A model generated the notes under the pieces. That model worked only from the letters and a program-made list of their open reading frames with translations, ran no database searches and was not told the origin of the DNA. From Armatimonadia bacterium (GTDB taxonomy: Bacteria; Armatimonadota; Zipacnadia; Zipacnadales; UBA11051), in the NCBI GenBank assembly GCA_039683575.1, contig JBDKRC010000234.1, forward strand, positions 1 through 60,938: 60,938 nt of DNA, in the 5' to 3' direction. Position 1 is the first letter of the stretch; every line of letters starts with the position of its first letter. Positions 40,192 through 47,478 of the stretch are shown here, piece after piece. A program made the position numbers and the translations under genes.

Positions 40192-41232
40192 TCACGCTTT
40201 GTCGTCCTGGCCTCCGCGGCCGTCCTGCAGAACCGCTTTGAACAGTCTGTAGGCTTCCTCACGCGCCGCCTTCGGATACTCATGATCGCCCGGGTGTTCA
40301 TGATAGATGAACTTCTGGCGACACCCGAGCAGGTCGTACAGCCGCCCCAGCTTCAGCATGTCCTCCGCCACCGCCCGCCCTGCCGGATACACGCTGTCCT
40401 CCAGGGCATATGTATAGTGGAAAGCGCGCGGCGCAAGCAGTGCCAGCGCCTCCACCCACAGGAACGGCGGGTGCTCGCCCCGCTCAAAATACCCCTTCAG
40501 CCCCGGCAAGTAGTCACCCCATCGCTCCGGGTTCTCATCTGCGGCAAAGGGGGCATAGGCGCAACTGGCGCCGGCCACCTTAACCCGGTGATCGAAGGCT
40601 GCCAGCATGATCGCGTTCTGTCCGCCCAACCCATGCCCGATCACGCCCAGCCGGTCCGAGTCCACTGCGTCGAGCATACACAGGAAATCCAGCGCCCGCT
40701 GGTGATCCCACAGCATCTTGCCCATCAGACTGCTGGATGGATGCTGCTCGTAGTAGGGCGTCGCCTCAAACGCTCCCCGTCCCGCATACACCCGCTCTCC
40801 GGCTGTGAGGCAATCCGGGGCGAGACAGACAAACCCCCGTCCCGCCAGTTCCTTCGCCAGCGCGAGTTGACGGTGTCCCTGCACTCCTGCGAGCTCATCT
40901 TTGCCCCGCTCCACCCTCTGATGGCAGCACACGATGGCTGGCTGGCGATGAGCCAGCGGCCGCGGCATCAGCAGCCACGCCCGGCAAGTCTCCCCCGCCT
41001 CGACCCTGTACTCCACCTTCTGCAGCAGGTATTTGGGCTCATCGGTCTGCCCCAGCACCTGCGGCCGCAGCGGTGGCGCCTCGGCGGGCATCTGGCCTAG
41101 CAGAGGCTCCAGACGCCGGATGATGTCGCGGCGCTTGGCGGGCCACTGGCGGCTCGTCAGAATCGCGCTGTCTTCATCGGCGCTGCGCAGGGCCAGAAGG
41201 TCTGGCAGATCACCGGTATCCAGTCTCGTCAC
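40192..41232 (-). CDS. Alpha/beta hydrolase fold (dienelactone hydrolase-like) protein with Gly at the nucleophile position
   Basis: GKMLWD..RALDFL, GVIGHGLGG, LALLAPR; paralogue of 1262-2296. Confidence 0.8.
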   Translation of the reverse strand: MTRLDTGDLPDLLALRSADEDSAILTSRQWPAKRRDIIRRLEPLLGQMPAEAPPLRPQVLGQTDEPKYLLQKVEYRVEAGETCRAWLLMPRPLAHRQPAIVCCHQRVERGKDELAGVQGHRQLALAKELAGRGFVCLAPDCLTAGERVYAGRGAFEATPYYEQHPSSSLMGKMLWDHQRALDFLCMLDAVDSDRLGVIGHGLGGQNAIMLAAFDHRVKVAGASCAYAPFAADENPERWGDYLPGLKGYFERGEHPPFLWVEALALLAPRAFHYTYALEDSVYPAGRAVAEDMLKLGRLYDLLGCRQKFIYHEHPGDHEYPKAAREEAYRLFKAVLQDGRGGQDDKA

Positions 41233-41467
41233 TTTACCCAGGCTCTCTCATGGGGGATGCAGAAGCGGCAGGAACTATAACGTTAGAGCGTTGTGAAATG
41301 GTCCAGACGTTCTGCCAGGCTTCGCTCTTTAGTGAGGGGCCCGTTTGTGTTCATTATGCGACAAAACAGGCCCCGCTAAAGGCAGGAATCGTTCAAGATT
41401 TCCGCTACATTGGGAAATGCTGCCGAGTTGAGGCGGCTGAGTTCGCACGTGCAGCGCGAAGATACAT

Positions 41468-44329
41468 TTAGTTCTGCTCTGCCTCCGGCAATCCTCTGAC
41501 TGCCAGACCCAGTAGCAGCAGCTTCGCCGCCTGCGTTCCCGGCTTGAACGCGATCGTCTTGACGCGCCGTTCCGGCGATAGCGGCGGCAACTGCACCAGA
41601 TACCCCACCTTTGGCGTCCCGCCAGCCGCCACCGTTGCCGTCCCCAGAGCGCCGAAAGCCTGCTGGAACTCATCCTCTGGCTTTGTAGCGCGCACATGAT
41701 ACCCGTATCTGATGGGCAATGCCAGCGTCTGCCCGTCGTCCAGCGTCAAGACGAGCTCCCCGAGGACCACGCCCTGCCAGTTCTCCTTCTTCTTGAACTC
41801 ATCGTAGAACGCGGTCTGCAGCTTCTCATCCTCAGGCAACTGGGCCGCCAATAGCGCATAGGCCGCCACAGCAGGCTGCTCCACCGTGAAGGACTTCTCT
41901 TCCGCCACGGGCGCGGCAAACGGCTTCAGCTTCATCGCGGCCACAGTCACAGTCGTCTCGCCGGGCTCCAACGATACAATGGCCTTCCCCGCCCCCGGCG
42001 CCGGCAACTCCGCCATGCGCCATTGCAACAGCGGCCGCTTGGCGAAGTACTTCGAGTCCAGCGGCACGCCATCGGCCATCAGGTCGGGGTATGTGTTCCA
42101 ACTGTACTCCGCCGCCACCGTCTGGTTGACGTACGAGTAGCCCAGCGCCTGCCAACAGGACTCTGTCAGCCACGGCACCCGGCTCCAGATCCCCCACATG
42201 TTGCCCGCCACGAACGGCAACTGCGCGTTGTTCACGCCCCGTGAGTTGCACTTCCATACCGTGAAGCCCCTGTCATCCAGGTCCCACAGCGACAGCGGTG
42301 CCACCGTCGCCGACCAGTCGCACATCACGACGTCCTTCGGTAGCCGGTCAACGGTATCCGCCAGATTGAACGGCGGCCCGCCGTTGTGCTCCCTGATCAC
42401 CATGTCCGCCCACATCAGCATCTGCACATTGCGAGTGCCCGCATACTCATCCAGCCACCGCACCTGCTCGACAAATAGATCGCGCTTGTCCAGCCCTGCA
42501 CAGAGCTTGCAGCGCTTTTCAGGCGCCACCTTCAGCGTTTGCCACCGCACCTCATCCAGCCCAAAGTGGATGCGGCGCGGCTGGAACACGTCCAGGACCT
42601 CGTCATAGACCTCCGTCAGCATCGGCCGCGTCGCGGGGTTGCGGGTACACAGCGTATTCTCGTCTCCATCCTCCCGCAGCTCCGGGTGCGGTATGACCAG
42701 CCAGTTCGCATGGCCGAGTGAGTTCATGATCGGAAAGACTTCCACCCCGTTATCCTTAAGGAACGTGACAATCCGCCGTACTTCATCTTTCGTGTACGCC
42801 GACGGCCCCGCAATCTCGGGATGCTTGTCCAGCTTCATCCCCTGGGAAATCTCCAGCCCCACGCAGTTGATCTTCTGCTCGACGACAGTGCGCCGCAGGA
42901 AGTCGATGAAGAAGTCCGCCGGCACCGGCGCATCGTTCGGATAGCCCCAGCGCATCGTCGGCAGCCCAATGTTCACCGCCCGCGTCTTCAGTGTCGGCCA
43001 GTCGAAGACGGTCATCTGCGGCAGCCGCACCAACCCCGAGCTTGCCACGCTGCTGCGCAGGGCCTGCATGAGCGTGATCACGCCATTTCGCAGTCCCGCG
43101 TCGTCCAGCGCCGCCAGGGCCACTCCCTGATCGCCCACATGCAGCACATAGCCCTGCTCCTTGAGCTCGCCCAGCCGTTCGCGCACCTCCTCGGGCACAA
43201 TCGGCTCGTCTTCCCAGGCAGGCGCCAGTAACAGTATAGTCGGCGTCAGCTTGTAAAGCTTGACCGGCTGATACCGCACCCGCACCCCGAACCACTTGGC
43301 CAGCTCCTCCTCGGCATACTTCCGTCCCACCTTGGCAATGTCAGGGTTGGAGATCTCATGCGCGCGAAGCTCCGGCGGCAGGTTGAAATATCCGGGGTGG
43401 TATCGCAGGTCCTTGGGCCTCGGCACCAGCGCCAGTTGGTCCGCCTCGGCACCAAACACCGGGAGCGACACCGGGAAGGTGAACCTCCCCGCGAAACATC
43501 GCTGACCAGCAGGCTCCTTGAGCTGCATTGTCAGCTTCCCCTGTCCCTCCGCCTCGGGCGCCCCCGTAAGCTGCAGCCAGGTCTCCTCAGTTGCCGACAG
43601 CGCCGGAATCGTCGCAAGCTGCGTCTGCGCCCGCTGCTCCGGCCATTGCACCGTCACTTCCGCCTTCACCATTGGTTCAAGGACAGCCTTGGGATCAAAA
43701 TGCAGGAAGTACTTGCCCTCCGCGTCCGCATAGAGCTCCGGCGAGACCGCCGCCGGCCCCGGATTGTCGGTCGCAGGCAAGGGCACCCGTCGCAGGGGCC
43801 GCAGCAGCGTCACCTGGTCAATCAGCACGTCATGCGTGCCCCCTGCCCCAAAGTAGAGCCGCTTGAGGTCCTTGAGCGCAAACGGCTTGCCCTGCCGGTT
43901 CCAAAGCGTATCGAACTTCAGACAGAACCGTCGCCACTGCGTGCTATCAAGCGGTATCTGCCCGGAGTGAGTCGGCGACAGGTCCCCCACTTCGGAGGCC
44001 AGAACCACGCTCAGAAAGCTCTGGGTGCCATCGCCCTTGACCCACAGGCAGATGCGATCATAGTCGCCCGTCCGCCACGCCGCGTCCTCCGGCAGGTAAG
44101 GCGAGATCATGTTGCCGCTCTGCGGGATGTTAACATACCGCGCGCGGAGCGCCCCATTGCCATACTTCGCCTCAGGCGCAGCCTCGACAAACCCCTGCCC
44201 GCCGCTCCAGGGATTGGCCCTCCAGTCCCCCACGCCACTCTCGAAGTCAAACAGCGTCACCGCCTGGGGAGGCTGGGCAAACGCCGGTACAGCGCACAGG
44301 ATCAAGCCAACGAGCCACCATCGGAACAT
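41468..44329 (-). CDS. Secreted GH20-like beta-N-acetylhexosaminidase with N-terminal CBM-like domain
   Basis: LVPRPK, QGY.L, DWP, SLGH, HFGLDEV, MWADM. Confidence 0.82.
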   Translation of the reverse strand: MFRWWLVGLILCAVPAFAQPPQAVTLFDFESGVGDWRANPWSGGQGFVEAAPEAKYGNGALRARYVNIPQSGNMISPYLPEDAAWRTGDYDRICLWVKGDGTQSFLSVVLASEVGDLSPTHSGQIPLDSTQWRRFCLKFDTLWNRQGKPFALKDLKRLYFGAGGTHDVLIDQVTLLRPLRRVPLPATDNPGPAAVSPELYADAEGKYFLHFDPKAVLEPMVKAEVTVQWPEQRAQTQLATIPALSATEETWLQLTGAPEAEGQGKLTMQLKEPAGQRCFAGRFTFPVSLPVFGAEADQLALVPRPKDLRYHPGYFNLPPELRAHEISNPDIAKVGRKYAEEELAKWFGVRVRYQPVKLYKLTPTILLLAPAWEDEPIVPEEVRERLGELKEQGYVLHVGDQGVALAALDDAGLRNGVITLMQALRSSVASSGLVRLPQMTVFDWPTLKTRAVNIGLPTMRWGYPNDAPVPADFFIDFLRRTVVEQKINCVGLEISQGMKLDKHPEIAGPSAYTKDEVRRIVTFLKDNGVEVFPIMNSLGHANWLVIPHPELREDGDENTLCTRNPATRPMLTEVYDEVLDVFQPRRIHFGLDEVRWQTLKVAPEKRCKLCAGLDKRDLFVEQVRWLDEYAGTRNVQMLMWADMVIREHNGGPPFNLADTVDRLPKDVVMCDWSATVAPLSLWDLDDRGFTVWKCNSRGVNNAQLPFVAGNMWGIWSRVPWLTESCWQALGYSYVNQTVAAEYSWNTYPDLMADGVPLDSKYFAKRPLLQWRMAELPAPGAGKAIVSLEPGETTVTVAAMKLKPFAAPVAEEKSFTVEQPAVAAYALLAAQLPEDEKLQTAFYDEFKKKENWQGVVLGELVLTLDDGQTLALPIRYGYHVRATKPEDEFQQAFGALGTATVAAGGTPKVGYLVQLPPLSPERRVKTIAFKPGTQAAKLLLLGLAVRGLPEAEQN

Positions 44330-44365
44330 GTTCGAGACCCCCGGCGCAGATTAGATACTACTATC

Positions 44366-44453
44366 TTCTACCACGTCTACATCATCCCCTTGTTCAAATG
44401 TGGCAAAACAAGCGTTATCGACCTCTGCAGGAGAACCCCCCTCTGCTTGCGAA
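44366..44453. promoter_or_regulatory. Divergent sigma-H-like promoter pair
   Basis: Minus AAGG-N19-GAA (44390-44366); plus GCAGG-N19-GAAT (44429-44453). Confidence 0.55.
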
Positions 44454-44465
44454 TCATCCCCAACC

Positions 44466-45509
44466 ATGACCACCTCCCGCGAGCGGGTGCTGCAGGCCCT
44501 CAATCACCAGCGTCCTGACCGGGTCCCGCGCGACTTCTGGGCCGAAACGCCCGCCCTGCGCCGCCTGCTCGACCACACCGGCCTGCCCGACGAGGAGGCG
44601 CTGCTACAGCGCCTGCAGGTGGACCTGCGGCATCTGAACGCAATTCAGCCTGCTGATGTGGAGATTGCCCCAGGGGTATGGCAGAACTACTGGGGAGAGC
44701 GCTTCATCCAGAAACCGACGCCATGGGGGCCCATGCGCGAGGACCTGCCGGGGGCGCTGGCGGACGTCAAGGGCGACGGGGACGTTCCCGAGGCTTTCGA
44801 GCAGTTCCCGTGGCCGACGCCCGACCTGTTTGACTACTCCGGGCTCGCCGCCCAGGCCGCTCAGCACGCCGACTACGCCCTGATCTATGGCTTCGCCGAC
44901 GTCTGGCAGCGCCCCGCCCTGGTGCGCGGCTGGGAGAACATGTTCCTCGACATGGCCGCCCGGACCCACTGGGTACACTACCTCTGCCGCAAGTTCACGG
45001 ACTTCTACAAGGACGACTACACCCGCGCCGCCGAAGTCACCGGCGGGCGCATTGACATCTTTCTGCTGCTCTCAGACCTCGGCAGCCAGCATGGCCCGCT
45101 GGTCTCGCTGCCCATGTTCCGCGCCCTGGTCGCCGCCTACCTCAAGGAGATGGTGGACTGCATCCACGCCCTCGGCGCACGGGTGATGTTCCACAGTTGC
45201 GGCGATGTCAGCCGCTTCATCCCCGACCTCATCGAGATGGGCGTAGACCTGCTCGACCCCATCCAGCCAGTCAACGAGCGCATGGCCCCGGAGGCGCTGC
45301 AAGCGCAGTTCGGCGGCCAAATAGCCTTCCACGGCGGCCTCGACATGCAAGGCGTCCTCCCCTTCGGCACCCCCGAGCAGGTAAGGGCCGAAGTCACCCG
45401 CTACTCCGACCTCCTCGGCCAACACGGCGGCTACATCCTCGCCCCCACACATCTCTTCCAGCCCGACGTTCGTCCCGAAAACGTACTGGCAATGTACCCT
45501 CCCGCGTAG
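44466..45509 (+). CDS. Uroporphyrinogen decarboxylase / MtaA-CmuA family protein
   Basis: TSRERV...PDRVP, HSCG, DPIQP, GGYILAPTH. Confidence 0.88.
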   Translation: MTTSRERVLQALNHQRPDRVPRDFWAETPALRRLLDHTGLPDEEALLQRLQVDLRHLNAIQPADVEIAPGVWQNYWGERFIQKPTPWGPMREDLPGALADVKGDGDVPEAFEQFPWPTPDLFDYSGLAAQAAQHADYALIYGFADVWQRPALVRGWENMFLDMAARTHWVHYLCRKFTDFYKDDYTRAAEVTGGRIDIFLLLSDLGSQHGPLVSLPMFRALVAAYLKEMVDCIHALGARVMFHSCGDVSRFIPDLIEMGVDLLDPIQPVNERMAPEALQAQFGGQIAFHGGLDMQGVLPFGTPEQVRAEVTRYSDLLGQHGGYILAPTHLFQPDVRPENVLAMYPPA

Positions 45510-45572
45510 GTCGGTTCGTCCCGAACCGACACCGTTGCCATCGCGCTGTGGGTGCGAGACGCACCCACCTAC
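45506..45572. repeat. REP family A inverted doublet
   Basis: GTAGGTCGGTTCGTCCCGAACCGAC ... GTGGGTGCGAGACGCACCCACCTAC. Confidence 0.85.
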
Positions 45573-45584
45573 GCGACGACACCG

Positions 45585-46058
45585 CTACACATACGGCCGC
45601 CGATCAAGAATATACTCCAGCGAATGCGGGTTGTGCCGCAGCCCCAGACCGCTGTAGAAGCCTTCCTCCACGTCCTGCAGGCAGTTCACAGAGATGAAGA
45701 ACGCCCCCATCCGCTGCAACTCCGCCAGCAGTGCCTCCCCGACCCGCTTGCCCACACCAAAGTCGTCCTTCTCAATCAGCGAGCCATTGTCATACTCCAG
45801 GTCCGGTCCCTGCCACTCCGTCGCCACGCAGAACTCCACAATCTGACCCGCCAGCCCATCGAACATCGCCCGCGCAATCGCGACCATCTCCTCCCCCACC
45901 ATCGCCGCCACGATCAGGCTGGAATGCGAAAGAGGCCGGGCAGCGATCTCTTCGCTGTACCCGGCCTCACAGATGTCATTCTTCACATAGAATTCGAAAA
46001 GCTGACGCGGCGTGATCCTGGGGCTAATCTCAATCGAGATGTCGGCCAGATCAGGCAT
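45585..46058 (-). CDS. GNAT-like acetyltransferase
   Basis: V...WQG...GVG motif A split by an insert; FY..LG; GGAGG RBS. Confidence 0.65.
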   Translation of the reverse strand: MPDLADISIEISPRITPRQLFEFYVKNDICEAGYSEEIAARPLSHSSLIVAAMVGEEMVAIARAMFDGLAGQIVEFCVATEWQGPDLEYDNGSLIEKDDFGVGKRVGEALLAELQRMGAFFISVNCLQDVEEGFYSGLGLRHNPHSLEYILDRRPYV

Positions 46059-46105
46059 CTGCAGCCTCCCGCACACTTTTTCAGCCTACTTCACCACCAC
46101 ATTCA

Positions 46106-46876
46106 TCAGGCGTCAATAAGGCCGCAGAGATATGCTTCGATGCGTGACTTGTTCGCTGGCAATGACGAGAACTGGCGATCAGCAACATCGGTGAACCGCG
46201 CCAATACCTTGCGGTTGATGCCCTCCTGATCCTCGAAAATCCCCAGCGACCGTACCTTGAGGCCCCAGCTATCATACCGGAGCAGGGATATGGTGGCATC
46301 TCGGGTGCGGTCGTCACTGGGCAGCGCATAGATCATCAAGGGGCGTTCCAGCGAATTGATCCGGTAGTCCGCCACATATTGCTGCTCCGGGTCAAGTACC
46401 GGATCGTGCCAATCCACGGTGAGACGATCCTCCGGCACGATATCTGTGATGAACCCCTTGAGGTCCTGAAGGAAGGTTGAGCGAGCCCGCTCACGGGAGA
46501 GGAAGGTGACGTCAGTGATTCTCAAAAGCGCCTGAATGAACGCGTAGAGGGCGTTGCCGAACTCGCCATCATCGACTGGCCGAACGAGCTGTCCATCGAC
46601 CTCATGAACCTCAAAGGCTGTGAGTGCATTGGAAATGATCTGTTGCCGGGTTCCTCTGGTAAAGTCGGCCTCATCCAGCTCATACGTCAGATGAAGGTAG
46701 GTATGACCCTCATCGGTCAGCAACCAACGGCCATCGCTGACGATCAGGAGTATCGATAGATGATCGCCATCGGTAAACCGGAACGGCGTGAGCACTCGGT
46801 AACGTTTGGCCCCCTCTGACCTCAGGTGGATCTGGTCACACACCTTGTCTCGAAAGTCGCGCTCGATACTCTCCAT
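46106..46876 (-). CDS. DUF1828 family protein
   Basis: TPF...DGD.L.I...W.LTD.G.T N-terminal motif; starts 1 nt after the upstream gene's stop. Confidence 0.75.
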   Translation of the reverse strand: MESIERDFRDKVCDQIHLRSEGAKRYRVLTPFRFTDGDHLSILLIVSDGRWLLTDEGHTYLHLTYELDEADFTRGTRQQIISNALTAFEVHEVDGQLVRPVDDGEFGNALYAFIQALLRITDVTFLSRERARSTFLQDLKGFITDIVPEDRLTVDWHDPVLDPEQQYVADYRINSLERPLMIYALPSDDRTRDATISLLRYDSWGLKVRSLGIFEDQEGINRKVLARFTDVADRQFSSLPANKSRIEAYLCGLIDA

Positions 46877-46877
46877 A

Positions 46878-47360
46878 TCACACCCCCTCTGAAAAGAGGC
46901 TCAACTGCTCTTGCGGCGGGCGTACGAAGCCGCAATCATCGAGGAGGCATTCAACGGCATCTCCCAACGTTGCGTACCGGGACGTTGGCTCTGCGTAGGC
47001 ATCCTCGGCCTGGCCGTGCTCCTGGTACCTCTGCGTCGCGAAATGGATGTGAAAGCCGTCCATCCGTTCGCGCTCCAAGGAGTTCGTGTGCTCACCGGTC
47101 TTACCGTTGTACCTGCGCAGCCGGAAGGCAGTATGACTGTCCGCGGGGACATGCGCGAGGATTGCGGAAAAGTCCATGGCATTCAGCCGGCTCTGCCGGA
47201 GAATGATGCGAAACTCATGACCATTGTCGCCCATTACGTCGAGACTTGCCTGTTTGGCCGTGCGTTTCTGCTGAACCTGTAAGGATCGCTCATAGTCGGC
47301 AGGCAGTTGCTTCGGCTCCTCCAGCAGGTCACTAATCTCCGCGTCAGTGAATCTCACCAC
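46878..47360 (-). CDS. Hypothetical protein (typical DUF1828 partner; RYN..H.N..HIH; C-terminal QLSLF)
   Basis: 160-aa ORF directly upstream of the DUF1828 gene. Confidence 0.75.
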   Translation of the reverse strand: MVRFTDAEISDLLEEPKQLPADYERSLQVQQKRTAKQASLDVMGDNGHEFRIILRQSRLNAMDFSAILAHVPADSHTAFRLRRYNGKTGEHTNSLERERMDGFHIHFATQRYQEHGQAEDAYAEPTSRYATLGDAVECLLDDCGFVRPPQEQLSLFSEGV

Positions 47361-47408
47361 TTATTGAAGCCCCCCTGTGGGCGGATGCAGGATGATGTCC
47401 TCAGTGGA

Positions 47409-47438
47409 ATCGTATGACTTGTGGAGATCGTCTGTCAA
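47409..47438 (-). promoter_or_regulatory. Sigma-70 promoter inside the cassette
   Basis: TTGACA-N18-TACGAT. Confidence 0.6.
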
Positions 47439-47478
47439 TAGCTGGGAGCACCGATGGGCCTGCAGCCAAGCCGGGTTC

